Of a DNA stretch of 64,000 nucleotides, positions 54,687-63,895 are shown in pieces. Origin of the DNA: Tannerellaceae bacterium (lineage in GTDB: Bacteria; Bacteroidota; Bacteroidia; Bacteroidales; Tannerellaceae). The stretch spans positions 1,790-65,789 of the forward strand of contig JAVBUE010000004.1 of assembly GCA_031555735.1 (NCBI GenBank), written 5' to 3'. The translations under genes and the position numbers were made by a program. Each line of letters opens with the position of its first letter. Position 1 is the stretch's first letter. Under the pieces are notes generated by a model. It saw only the letters and a list, made by a program, of their open reading frames with translations, was not told where the DNA came from and did no database searches.

Positions 54687-55499
54687 TTAAATAGAGAAGG
54701 CATCAAATCCTCCGTCCACCACGGCGACCGTGCCGGTAACGAAGGCCGACGCTTCGCTGATCAGGTATTGGATCGTACCATATAATTCTTCCGGTTCACC
54801 GAAACGGCCGAACGGCGTATGCGCCAGGATCGTTTTCGAGCGATCGGTATAAGAACCGTCCGGATGTAGCAACAGGTCGCGGTTCTGTTGCGTGACAAAG
54901 AATCCCGGAGCGATCGCGTTGACCCGCAGGCCTGCTCCGAATTTCTGCGCCAGTTCGGCAGCCATATATTTGGTGAAGTTCACTACCGCCGACTTGGCAC
55001 ATCCATACCCCACTACCCGTGTAAGGGGACGAAGAGCCGATTCCGAAGCGAAATTGACGATGCAACCACTACCCTGTTTCGCGAGTTCGGGTACAAAAAC
55101 CATGGTAGGCAAGATGGTGCCGAACAGGTTCAGATCCACTACTTTCCGGAAAGCATCCAGTTCCAGGTCGAGGAACGTTTTCTCCGGTGGAATGGTAGCC
55201 CCCGGCATATTCCCCCCGGCAGCGTTCAATAAAACATCCACCTTTCCAAAGCGGGCAAGGATCGCTTCTTTGTTTTGTTCCAGCACCTCCCGGCTCATCA
55301 CGTCCGACAGGAAGAAGGCGGCATCGCCTCCTTTGGCATTCATCGTTTCCGTCTGGGTTTTTCCCAATGCTTCATTCCGGTCGAGGATGGCGATCTTCGC
55401 ACCCTGTTCCGACAAGTAATCGGCTATCCCTTTCCCAAGGATACCGGATCCTCCGGTGATAACCACTACTTTCCCTTTCACGTCAAATAAGTTTTTCAT
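54687..55499 (-). CDS. uxuB: SDR-family oxidoreductase, probable D-mannonate oxidoreductase
   Basis: 270 aa. [22 protein letters not shown] (YxxxK). Assigned to uxuB from its adjacency to uxuA, the Bacteroides arrangement. Confidence 0.7.
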   Translation of the reverse strand: MKNLFDVKGKVVVITGGSGILGKGIADYLSEQGAKIAILDRNEALGKTQTETMNAKGGDAAFFLSDVMSREVLEQNKEAILARFGKVDVLLNAAGGNMPGATIPPEKTFLDLELDAFRKVVDLNLFGTILPTMVFVPELAKQGSGCIVNFASESALRPLTRVVGYGCAKSAVVNFTKYMAAELAQKFGAGLRVNAIAPGFFVTQQNRDLLLHPDGSYTDRSKTILAHTPFGRFGEPEELYGTIQYLISEASAFVTGTVAVVDGGFDAFSI

Positions 55500-55537
55500 G
55501 CGTTGCGCTTATTTACAGTTGTTTTTAACATCTCCGA

Positions 55538-55545
55538 CAAATGTA
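55538..55545 (-). promoter_or_regulatory. -7 box TAcaTTTG (minus) for uxuB-uxuA
   Basis: + strand CAAATGTA, 39 nt upstream of the ATG at 55499. Confidence 0.45.
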
Positions 55546-55620
55546 AAGCTATTTTCTTTCTTTCCTTGTGCCCGCACACAAAAAAGTGCATGATTAACTC
55601 TTTTTATACCCGGCCAACAC

Positions 55621-57126
55621 TTAGAAGTCCGTTTCCGTGCGGCGGATGAAGGCGACAGTACGGTGTATTTCCGTGTACATCACGATGTCGTCTTCGATAA
55701 ATGGCACTTCTTTCCGATACGCTTTCAGGAACTTTTCCAGGAGGGGTGATGATTTGGCCGGGCGGCGAAAATCGATACCCTGCGCGGCATTCATCAGCTC
55801 GATCGCCAGGATATGGTCGAGGTTATCCATGATCTTAAACAGTTTGATCGCCGCGTTGGCGCCCATGCTGACATGGTCTTCCTGTCCGTTGCTCGATACG
55901 ATCGAGTCGCTACTGGCGGCATAACAATACATCTTGTTCTGGCTCACCATGCTGGCGGCGGCATATTGCGGGATCATAAATCCGGAGTTCAGCCCCGGAT
56001 TGGCAACCAGGAATTCGGGCAGGCCACGCAGTCCCATGATCAACTGCGCCACCCGCCGTTCGGAAATATTCCCCAGTTCAGCCAGGGCGATCGCCAGGAA
56101 ATCGAACGATATGGCCAGGGGCTGCCCGTGGAAGTTACCGCCGGATATGATCCTGTCCTGATCCGGGAAAAGCGTCGGGTTGTCCGTCACGGAATTGATT
56201 TCCGTCAGCAATACCCCCGACACGTATCGGATCGCATCTTTTGTCGCGCCATGCACCTGCGGGATGCAGCGGAACGAATAGGGATCCTGCACATGCGCCT
56301 TTGGACGGTTGATCAGTTCGCTCCCCGCCAATATCTTCCGGAAAGCCTCACCGGTTTCGATCTGTCCCTGGTGGGGGCGGATCTGTTGGATGCAATCTTC
56401 AAACGGATCCACCAGCCCGTCGAACGCTTCGAGGGAAAGGGCGGCGATCAGGTCGGCCTTCTTCGACAATTGGAAAGCGCGCATGAGGGCATAGACCCCA
56501 TTCGCGCCCATGAACTGCGTGCCGTTCAGCAAGGCCAGCCCTTCCTTACTTTTCAGTTGAACCGGTTTCCAGGCAAACTCACCCAGCACGGCGATGGCTT
56601 CGCGCTTCTTCCCTTTGTAATACACATCGCCCACGCCGATCAACGGCAGAAACAGGTTCGCCAGCGGAGCCAGATCACCCGACGCACCCAGGGAACCCCG
56701 GTCATATACGATCGGCAACACATCATTGTTGAAGAAATCCAGGATCCGTTGTACCGTTATCACCTGCACGCCGCTATGCCCCAGCGACAACGCATGCGCT
56801 TTGAGCAACATCATCAGGCGGACGATCACCGGACTCACTTCATCCCCCACACTACAGGCATGGCTCTTCACAAGGTTCTCCTGCAAGGTGCTTAGTTCGT
56901 CGGGCGAGATGATCTTATTACACAACGAGCCGAAGCCCGTTGTTATCCCGTACAGGGCGCCGCTATGCTCCTCGATTTTGTGGTCGAGGAAATCGCGGCA
57001 ATGCTGGATACGATCCTTCACTTCGGCCGTCAGCTCCAGCTTCATATTTCCACTCAGGATCTGTTCGATACGCTCGAAAGTCAGCGGTTCCGATCCTACA
57101 TAATAAATGTTGTGTCCCATAAGCAA
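55621..57126 (-). CDS. hutH: histidine ammonia-lyase
   Basis: 501 aa. GSLGASGDLAPLA (MIO-forming Ala-Ser-Gly), NGTQFM, QEDHVSMG. Confidence 0.97.
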   Translation of the reverse strand: MLMGHNIYYVGSEPLTFERIEQILSGNMKLELTAEVKDRIQHCRDFLDHKIEEHSGALYGITTGFGSLCNKIISPDELSTLQENLVKSHACSVGDEVSPVIVRLMMLLKAHALSLGHSGVQVITVQRILDFFNNDVLPIVYDRGSLGASGDLAPLANLFLPLIGVGDVYYKGKKREAIAVLGEFAWKPVQLKSKEGLALLNGTQFMGANGVYALMRAFQLSKKADLIAALSLEAFDGLVDPFEDCIQQIRPHQGQIETGEAFRKILAGSELINRPKAHVQDPYSFRCIPQVHGATKDAIRYVSGVLLTEINSVTDNPTLFPDQDRIISGGNFHGQPLAISFDFLAIALAELGNISERRVAQLIMGLRGLPEFLVANPGLNSGFMIPQYAAASMVSQNKMYCYAASSDSIVSSNGQEDHVSMGANAAIKLFKIMDNLDHILAIELMNAAQGIDFRRPAKSSPLLEKFLKAYRKEVPFIEDDIVMYTEIHRTVAFIRRTETDF

Positions 57127-57132
57127 GGCGTT

Positions 57133-57756
57133 TTATAATTTTGTTTTGACCCAGTCCAGCAGTTTGGTTTCGATGCGGATCGCTTCCGCCTCAATCCGGT
57201 CGGCCTTCGCTTTCATCCGTTCCACAAAAACAGGGTCATCGATAGACGACAGGTTGATACGGACATTCAGCAACGCGCCGAGCACACAGGTACGGGCGGC
57301 CATCATGGCGACGCAGGCATCCGTCACGGCATTCTGATTGCCTTTATGGGCAATGTAGATAATGGATTCCATAACTTCTTCCGCTTCTTCCGCCACCCGC
57401 ATCGGCACCCGTGCCGCCAGCTTCATGGCCTCTTGTATTTCTTTGTTGCGGACGGCCACCTGTTCTTCCGTTTCCTTCGGGAGTTTGTAGGCGGCGAAGA
57501 CCTGTTCGTAAGCCTGGCTGTCGTCGTCGATAAACGCGGTGAACCGCTTCCGGATGGCAGCCGCTTCTACGGCGATGGCTTTCATCTGCCCTTCGTATTC
57601 GGCATACTTTTTTTTGCCAATGGTGAGGTTGGCCACCATTTCGGCCAATGCGGCGGCCAATGCGCCGTTAAGAGCAGATATACTGCCGCCTCCCGGTACG
57701 GGAGTATTAGCCGCGGTCTCGGCTAAGAAATGTCTGATTGTCTGATCTGCGTACAT
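57133..57756 (-). CDS. fchA: cyclodeaminase/cyclohydrolase family protein (formimino-/methenyl-THF processing)
   Basis: 207 aa. All-helical; TPVPGGGSISALNGALAAALAEMVANLTIGKKKY is the FTCD C-terminal/FchA signature. The symbol is tentative. Confidence 0.8.
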   Translation of the reverse strand: MYADQTIRHFLAETAANTPVPGGGSISALNGALAAALAEMVANLTIGKKKYAEYEGQMKAIAVEAAAIRKRFTAFIDDDSQAYEQVFAAYKLPKETEEQVAVRNKEIQEAMKLAARVPMRVAEEAEEVMESIIYIAHKGNQNAVTDACVAMMAARTCVLGALLNVRINLSSIDDPVFVERMKAKADRIEAEAIRIETKLLDWVKTKL

Positions 57757-57801
57757 AGCTTTTTCAATTTATTTTGTGATGGATGGTGTTTATACGGTTA
57801 T

Positions 57802-59049
57802 TTATGGGGCATATACAACCCCTTTCTTGATTACTTTTTCTACGACATTCATGCCGATATGATAGGGAAGGAAATGGTAAGAAGGATACTGTAATACCAC
57901 CATATCCGCCTGCTTCCCGACATCAATACTGCCGATTTCACCGGCGCATCCGAGGGCGGCGGCGCCATTGATCGTCAGCGCCGTCACCGCTTCTTCGGGC
58001 GTCAGCCGCATCTGGATGCATGCCAGTGCGAACAGCAAGGGGATGGAACCGGAGAAGCAACTGCCCGGATTCAGGTCGGACGCCAGGGCAACGGCACAAC
58101 CGGCGTCGATCATTTCCCGTCCACGGGCATACGGTTCTTTCAGGGAGAAGGCAGTCAGCGGCAAAAGGGTAGCCACCACACCCGCTGCCGCCATCCGGCG
58201 GATGCCTTCATCCGAGGCATGCAACAGATGGTCGGCGCTCACCGCCTGCAGGCGCGCTGCCAGTTCGGCGCCCCCTAACGGCACGATCTCGTCGGCATGC
58301 AACTTCAACTCCAACCCATGTGTGCGGGCCGCCAGCAACAACCGTTCGCTTTGTTCGAGGGAAAAGACCCCTTTCTCGCAAAATACGTCGCAGAAACGCA
58401 CCCCATATTCCGTCCGGATAGACGGCAATCCTTCGGCAATCAGGAAATCGATATACGCATCCGTGCGTCCTTTGTATTCCGGTGGCACCGCATGGGCGGC
58501 CAGATAGGTGGACACGATATCCAGGGGATGCTCCCGGCGCAGGTCCGCCATCACCTGCAACTGGCGGGCTTCGGTCGCAAGATCCAACCCATACCCGCTT
58601 TTCCCCTCCACCGTGGTAACGCCCATCCGGAAGAGTTCGTCCAAGCGGTGCCTGCCGCCGTCGGCCAGCTCCTGTGTGGAACTATCCCGGGTAGCCCGCA
58701 TCGTATGTACAATTCCGCCACCCCGTTCCATGATCGACATATAGCTGTCGCCCCGCAACCGCCAGGAAAATTCCTCTTCCCGGTATCCGCCGAACACAAA
58801 ATGAGTATGGCTGTCCACAAAACCAGGCAGCACCGCTTTCCCTTCCGCATCCAGTTCTTCATACGAACCGGACAGTTGCGGCAGGACATCCGCCTCCTTC
58901 CCCACGTGGGTGATGATACCGTCGGCCATCGCCACAGCCGCATCGGTGAGAATGCCCAGGTCGGACATTTCTTTCCCCCTCTTGGCGGCGAAGCCCGAGC
59001 AGGTCACCAACTGTGCAATGCCGCGTATCAGTAGTCGCTGTTTCTCCAT
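57802..59049 (-). CDS. hutI: imidazolonepropionase
   Basis: 415 aa. PGFVDSHTHFVFGG, KLHADE, ASDLNPGS. Confidence 0.95.
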   Translation of the reverse strand: MEKQRLLIRGIAQLVTCSGFAAKRGKEMSDLGILTDAAVAMADGIITHVGKEADVLPQLSGSYEELDAEGKAVLPGFVDSHTHFVFGGYREEEFSWRLRGDSYMSIMERGGGIVHTMRATRDSSTQELADGGRHRLDELFRMGVTTVEGKSGYGLDLATEARQLQVMADLRREHPLDIVSTYLAAHAVPPEYKGRTDAYIDFLIAEGLPSIRTEYGVRFCDVFCEKGVFSLEQSERLLLAARTHGLELKLHADEIVPLGGAELAARLQAVSADHLLHASDEGIRRMAAAGVVATLLPLTAFSLKEPYARGREMIDAGCAVALASDLNPGSCFSGSIPLLFALACIQMRLTPEEAVTALTINGAAALGCAGEIGSIDVGKQADMVVLQYPSYHFLPYHIGMNVVEKVIKKGVVYAP

Positions 59050-59058
59050 GCGTTCCTG

Positions 59059-59964
59059 CTATTCCATTAACTTGGCTTCAAGCACCTGGTTGAGGGAGAA
59101 ATCCTCCAGCCCGAGGTAGTACGACGCACAGTCGATCAGCGCCTCCATCGGCACCAGTCCGATCACTTCGCTGCCGACTACCGGTACGCCATAGCGGCGG
59201 GCTTCGATACGTACCAGTTCAAAAGCCCGGTATAAAGCCGTCTTCGTATAATCTGTCATATTGATCGACACCTGTACGATGCCGCGTTCTTTCAGTTCGA
59301 CACCCATCGCCTTGCAATACCGCAGGCCACCGCCCAGGAAGCGGATCTTTTTCGCAATGGAATCGGCAATTTCCAGTTTGTCGGTACCCAGATTGACATT
59401 ATAAGCCACCAGGATCATCCGGGCTCCAATCGCCACACCACCCGCAGAAGGATGCGGGGCGGCAGGACCGAAATCCGGTTGCCATTCGGGGCAATTCATC
59501 TTTTCAGACAGCCCCTCGAACTCCCCTTTCCGCACATTCGCCAGATTCTCCCGGTGCGGCGCCGTAGCCGAACGTTCATAGAGGAAAACGGGGAGGTTAT
59601 ACCGCTCGCCCACTTCCCGGCCTACTGCTTTCGACAACGCAACGGCTTCATCCATCGTACACCCTTTGATCGGGATAAACGGCACCACATCGACGGCTCC
59701 CAACCGGGGATGCTGTCCGCTGTGCTGACGCAGGTCGATCAGCTCCACCGCGCGGCCGATGGCATCGATCACCGCCGCCTTCAACGCTTCGGGCTCACCC
59801 ACGACGGTCACCACCGAGCGGTTATGATCCGCATCGCTGCTGTAGTCCAACAGTTTCACACCCGCTTTTGCCCGGAAGGCATCCACGATCTTTTCTATCT
59901 TCTCCAGGTCGCGTCCCTCACTGAAATTGGGGACACATTCCATCAGTTTGCTCCAGTTACTCAT
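59059..59964 (-). CDS. ftcD: glutamate formimidoyltransferase
   Basis: 301 aa. LMECVPNFSEGRD, DADHNRSV.T..G; FTCD N-terminal domain only. Confidence 0.93.
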   Translation of the reverse strand: MSNWSKLMECVPNFSEGRDLEKIEKIVDAFRAKAGVKLLDYSSDADHNRSVVTVVGEPEALKAAVIDAIGRAVELIDLRQHSGQHPRLGAVDVVPFIPIKGCTMDEAVALSKAVGREVGERYNLPVFLYERSATAPHRENLANVRKGEFEGLSEKMNCPEWQPDFGPAAPHPSAGGVAIGARMILVAYNVNLGTDKLEIADSIAKKIRFLGGGLRYCKAMGVELKERGIVQVSINMTDYTKTALYRAFELVRIEARRYGVPVVGSEVIGLVPMEALIDCASYYLGLEDFSLNQVLEAKLME

Positions 59965-61945
59965 GTGTTATGTATTTATCAATCCATTCATCTTCCGTCA
60001 GATAAGGCAGGGTGATGTGATAGCCGGATGCGTAGTTTTCGTTGAACAGCCCGCTCGTCTCCATCGCGTGCGGATTCCGTGCCCACGAACGGCGGGCCAC
60101 ACCGCCCATGACGTCCCACAACATGGCCGACTGCAGGATCTCGTCGGTCTGCCTGCCGCCATCGAGCAACATCCCAAAACCACCGTTCACCGCCTTACCG
60201 ATACCCACACCGCCTCCGTTATGCAAGGCCACTAAGCTCATGCCACGCGCGGCGTTCCCGGCGAAACACTGCACCGCCATATCCGCCATCACATTGCTTC
60301 CATCATAGATATTGGCCGTTTCGCGGAAGGGCGAATCCGTACCGCTCACGTCGTGGTGATCCCGCCCCAGCATCACCGGTCCTATCTCACCCTCGCGCAC
60401 CATTTGGTTGAAACGAAGGGCGATCCTCAACCGTCCTTCGGCATCCTGATAGAGGATACGCGCCTGGGTGCCGACAACCAGTTTATTCTTTTCGGCATCC
60501 CGTATCCAGTTATAGTTGTCGCGGTCTTGCCCCCTTCGGTCGGGGTCGATACAGTCCATCGCCGCCCGGTCGGTTTTGGCCAGGTCTTCCGGTTGTCCGC
60601 TCAGGCATATCCAGCGGAAAGGGCCGTATCCATAGTCGAACAACTCCGGCCCCATGATATCTTCCACATACGACGGCCAGATAAAACCGTCTTTCTCATC
60701 CGTCCCGTTCCGGGAGACAGCTTTCACTCCCGCATCATAAACGGCTTTCAGGAATGAATTGCCGTAGTCGAAGAAATAGACACCCTGTCCGGTCAGTTTC
60801 CGTATCACCTCATAGTGCCGTTTCAGGGAGTGATCCACTGCCCGGCAGAAAGCCGGGCGATCTTCCGCCAACAGCCGGGTGCGTTCGTCGAACGAATAGC
60901 CCACCGGGCAATAGCCCCCTTCATAGGCGGCATGGCAGGAGGTCTGGTCGCTCAGCAGATCGATGTGTATATAGAAGGCTTCCGCATATTCCAGCAGATC
61001 CACAATGTTGCCGTGATAGGCAATGGAAAGGGGTTCTTTCCGCTGAACGGCTTCGCGGGCGAGGCTGAAAGCTTCCTCGATCCGGTCGGTCACCTGCTCC
61101 ACCCAGCCCTGTTTGCGGCGTGTCTCGATGCGCGAAGCATCTACTTCGGCAATGATACAGGCGGCGCCGGCGATCACGGCTGCTTTGGGTTGTGCGCCGC
61201 TCATCCCTCCCAGCCCGGATGAGACAAAGAGATAGCCCCGCAGGTCTTTATCCGCCGGTATGCCGAGTTTCTTCCGCCCGGCATTCAGTAAGGTATTGAA
61301 CGTACCGTGAACGATTCCCTGGGGGCCGATATACATCCATCCCCCGGCGGTCATCTGCCCGTAATTGGCCACACCCATCTGGGCGGCAATGTGCCAGTCG
61401 TGCTGGTTGTCGAACATCCCCACCATCATCGAATTGGTGATGATCACCCGGGGCGCATCGGGCTTCGACTTGAATAGTCCCAGCGGATGCCCGGACTCGA
61501 CCACCAGCGTCTGTTCGTCGGTCACCTCTTCCAGGTATTGCATAAGGAGGCGGTATTGCATCCAGTTCTGGCATACCTGCCCGGTTTCGCCGTAAGTAAC
61601 GAGTTCGTAAGGATAGAGGGCGATGTCGAAACAAAGGTTGTTGTCGATCATCACCTGGAAGGCTTTGCCGGCGAGGCATCGCCCTTTGTACGCATCGATC
61701 GGGCGGGCTTTCAGGTCGCCGGAAGGGCGGTAACGGTATCCGTAAATACGTCCGCGCGTACGGAGCTCTTCCAGGAATTCGGGGATCAACCGCTCATGCA
61801 GCACAGACGGGATGTAGCGGAGCGCATTCTTCAAAGCCGTTCGTGTCTGGGCAAGAGTCAGGGTATAACCCCTGTCTGGTGCCCGTCGGATATCCGGAAC
61901 AAATCCGGGATAATCGGGTAATTGGTTGCTTAGGCCGGTAATCAT
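59957..61945 (-). CDS. hutU: urocanate hydratase
   Basis: 662 aa. LVTYGETGQVCQNW, SSGLGGMSGAQPKA, HHDVSGTDSPFRETAN. Confidence 0.97.
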   Translation of the reverse strand: MITGLSNQLPDYPGFVPDIRRAPDRGYTLTLAQTRTALKNALRYIPSVLHERLIPEFLEELRTRGRIYGYRYRPSGDLKARPIDAYKGRCLAGKAFQVMIDNNLCFDIALYPYELVTYGETGQVCQNWMQYRLLMQYLEEVTDEQTLVVESGHPLGLFKSKPDAPRVIITNSMMVGMFDNQHDWHIAAQMGVANYGQMTAGGWMYIGPQGIVHGTFNTLLNAGRKKLGIPADKDLRGYLFVSSGLGGMSGAQPKAAVIAGAACIIAEVDASRIETRRKQGWVEQVTDRIEEAFSLAREAVQRKEPLSIAYHGNIVDLLEYAEAFYIHIDLLSDQTSCHAAYEGGYCPVGYSFDERTRLLAEDRPAFCRAVDHSLKRHYEVIRKLTGQGVYFFDYGNSFLKAVYDAGVKAVSRNGTDEKDGFIWPSYVEDIMGPELFDYGYGPFRWICLSGQPEDLAKTDRAAMDCIDPDRRGQDRDNYNWIRDAEKNKLVVGTQARILYQDAEGRLRIALRFNQMVREGEIGPVMLGRDHHDVSGTDSPFRETANIYDGSNVMADMAVQCFAGNAARGMSLVALHNGGGVGIGKAVNGGFGMLLDGGRQTDEILQSAMLWDVMGGVARRSWARNPHAMETSGLFNENYASGYHITLPYLTEDEWIDKYITHE

Positions 61946-62146
61946 AATATCTCTTTCTTTCAGTTGCTTACACTATGTAAGGATGTATTCCTGTAAACGG
62001 GTCACAATATAGGTGTTTTAGTCGTCCCCGCAAAGTAAATCCAGCATGTTTAGAAGCATATTGTTAGAAGCTGTTTTGAATTTAGATCAACCGTCTGAAT
62101 CCATGAGCCATCCTTATCCCCTACACAAAGTTTATTTTTGCAAAAC

Positions 62147-62264
62147 ATCTGTCACGCTGCCACGCAACAGGCTCTATTTTATTGTTCATGAATAAGTTAG
62201 ATATGTGACAGATACCCGTGGCAGATCCGTTTTTTCGCCTTTTTGCTGTCACATCTGCCACGCG
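62147..62264. repeat. three copies of a TGTCAC-N-CTGCCACG module in alternating orientation, forming nested hairpins
   Basis: atctgtcacgctgccacgc (62147-62165), inverted tgtgacagatacccgtggcagat (62204-62226), tgtcacatctgccacgcg (62247-62264). CGTGGCAGAT (62217-62226) is perfectly complementary to ATCTGCCACG (62253-62262). Confidence 0.85.
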
Positions 62265-62412
62265 ATGACTAAAAGTTTTGTCCTGATGGAACTAAAGTTT
62301 CATCCTGATGGGACAAAAAGTTTCATTGGGTAGAACAAACAGTTCCAATAGGTGGGAAAAACAGTTCCAATAGGTGAACCTTTTTGTTCCATTAGGTGGA
62401 AACTCGGAGAGT
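62248..62412 (+). repeat. composite intergenic repeat, copy 2 (same orientation as 2068-2226): GTCACATCTGCCACGCG plus six ~22-bp units
   Basis: aaaagttttgtcctgatggaact / aaagtttcatcctgatgggac / aaaaagtttcattgggtagaac / aaacagttccaataggtgggaa / aaacagttccaataggtgaacc / tttttgttccattaggtggaaac. 62294-62369 is identical to 2103-2178. Confidence 0.9.
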
Positions 62413-62426
62413 TGTCATCGGGTATT

Positions 62427-63260
62427 TTATTTCCCGGGCAGGTGCAAACAACTTACTTCCTTAAAGGCATACCGCCGGATTTCGCCGGAACGCAGGCGAA
62501 GCAGGAGATGGCCGGTGGGCTCGATATCGTGGATGAAAGCCTCGAAGATACCCTGGGCATCCTGGTAGGGATAGTAATCGTCGCCACGGTATAAAGAGGC
62601 GCGGTAAGCCGAACGGATCTGTTCGGCTTGTTCCTGCAGCAACAGGAGGTAATAGGCATAGAATGCCGAGAGGAATGTGTCGAGCACTTCTTCGCGGTGG
62701 TATTTCCTGCCGGCGGCCTGCAGGAGCGAGACCGGATTGGGTGCGTTACTGAGAAACACTTCCTGGTTGATATTGATCCCGATCCCGATAATGGAGCAGT
62801 AGATAAACGAGCCGGAGAGGTCGTTTTCAATCAACATGCCGCAGATCTTTTTATCCCGCCAGTAAATATCGTTCGGCCATTTGATGCGGATATCGCCGAC
62901 ATACTTATCCAACGTTTTCTTCACGCTGAGGGCGGTGATCTGGGAGATCAGGAATTGTTCGCGCGCAAGAATGACGTTGGGATAAAGCACGATGCTGAAT
63001 GTGAGGTTCTTCCGCGGTTCCGACTCCCAGTAGTTGCCTGCCTGTCCCCGTCCCCCCGTTTGGTAATCCGCCCATACCACACTCCCTTCCGGCAACCCTT
63101 CACCCTGTATGTATTCGCGGATGACGAGGTTAGTGGACACCACTTCCGCCAGATGGATCACCTGCGGGATATCTTCCTGGGTTACTTCAAACATTCCGGG
63201 TTTCTGATCATTCATGGGATATTGGATTCTTTTAACGGCAAGGGGCGAAGAAGGCATCAT
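62427..63260 (-). CDS. birA: biotin--[acetyl-CoA-carboxylase] ligase (group I, no HTH)
   Basis: VIHLAEVVSTN, GRGQAGNYWES (biotin-binding loop), KWPNDIY. The true start may be the ATG at 63215 or 63194, which would remove the 29-nt overlap with the upstream gene. Confidence 0.9.
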   Translation of the reverse strand: MMPSSPLAVKRIQYPMNDQKPGMFEVTQEDIPQVIHLAEVVSTNLVIREYIQGEGLPEGSVVWADYQTGGRGQAGNYWESEPRKNLTFSIVLYPNVILAREQFLISQITALSVKKTLDKYVGDIRIKWPNDIYWRDKKICGMLIENDLSGSFIYCSIIGIGININQEVFLSNAPNPVSLLQAAGRKYHREEVLDTFLSAFYAYYLLLLQEQAEQIRSAYRASLYRGDDYYPYQDAQGIFEAFIHDIEPTGHLLLRLRSGEIRRYAFKEVSCLHLPGK

Positions 63261-63597
63261 CGATGTGGTCGATCTGAAATCCTTCCGGACATTTGATCAC
63301 GGTAAGGATATCGAAACGGACGGGACGGTCTATCTGGTGATAACGCACATACGCGTCGGCGGCGGTTACGATCCGGCGTATCTTTTTCATGTCCACCGCA
63401 TCTTCGGGAGAGAGCAGGAAGTCGATGGCGCGGGTCTTCACTTCGGCCACCACCAGCATGTCGCCATCGGTTGCCACGATGTCTAACTCATAGTGATGCC
63501 AGTGCCAGTTGGTATCTAATACGGTATAACCTTTCCGGACCAGGTATTCTTTCGCCGCCGCTTCTCCTTCCCGACCGGTGTCGTTTCGCTCTGCCAT
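63232..63597 (-). CDS. YraN-family (UPF0102) endonuclease-fold protein
   Basis: I prefer the ATG at 63597: MAERNDTGREGEAAAKEYLVRKGYTVLDTNWHWHHYELDIVA...VVAEVKTR, the typical YraN pattern. The track start at 63735 adds an implausible Cys-rich extension. Confidence 0.85.
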   Translation of the reverse strand: MAERNDTGREGEAAAKEYLVRKGYTVLDTNWHWHHYELDIVATDGDMLVVAEVKTRAIDFLLSPEDAVDMKKIRRIVTAADAYVRYHQIDRPVRFDILTVIKCPEGFQIDHIDDAFFAPCR

Positions 63598-63612
63598 TTG
63601 GTTTAGTTTGTA

Positions 63613-63620
63613 CAAATGTA
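63613..63620 (-). promoter_or_regulatory. -7 box TAcaTTTG (minus) for yraN-birA
   Basis: + strand CAAATGTA, 16 nt upstream of the ATG at 63597. Confidence 0.45.
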
Positions 63621-63653
63621 GGTGTTTTCTTTGTTTTATTGCGCTTTCACTTG

Positions 63654-63661
63654 TACATTTG
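63654..63661 (+). promoter_or_regulatory. -7 box TAcaTTTG for the small ORF/tadA unit (near-leaderless)
   Basis: It ends 6 nt before the ATG at 63668, divergent from the yraN promoter. Confidence 0.4.
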
Positions 63662-63667
63662 CAGCCA

Positions 63668-63895
63668 ATGAAACAGGAAAAGAAATATTCGACCGCACAG
63701 CCCCAACATCCGCGCGTCCATAAAATCACCTTCATGCTGAACGATGAGGAGCAGAAGGCGGTGGATCGCTATCTGGCACGTTACCGGATCGACAATAAAT
63801 CGCGGTGGTACCGTGAAACCATCCTGTCTCATGTCCTCAAAATCATGGACGAAGATTATCCCACGCTTTTTCCCGAAAATGAGATGCGGCGATGA
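63668..63895 (+). CDS. 75-aa hypothetical protein, possibly ribbon-helix-helix-like
   Basis: The ATG at 63668 gives MKQEKKYSTAQPQHPRVHKITFMLNDEEQKAVDRYLARYRIDNKSRWYRETILSHVLK... (a strand followed by two helices). Its stop overlaps the tadA start (ATGA). Confidence 0.5.
   Translation: MKQEKKYSTAQPQHPRVHKITFMLNDEEQKAVDRYLARYRIDNKSRWYRETILSHVLKIMDEDYPTLFPENEMRR

Noticed and set aside
62217-62240. Sigma-54 promoter (TGGCAC-N5-TTGC) in CGTGGCAGATCCGTTTTTTCGCC
   Set aside because: Only the TGGCA half matches. The -12 element would be GTTT, not TTGC, and the same word is part of the repeated TGTCAC/CTGCCACG module.
2068-62412. The two direct repeat copies as att-like boundaries of a 60-kb genomic island
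   Set aside because: The interval is filled with housekeeping operons (ilv, leu, thyA, folA, ddl, rpmH, hut) of uniform high G+C. It has no integrase or conjugation genes. The only compositionally odd DNA lies outside the interval, on the left.
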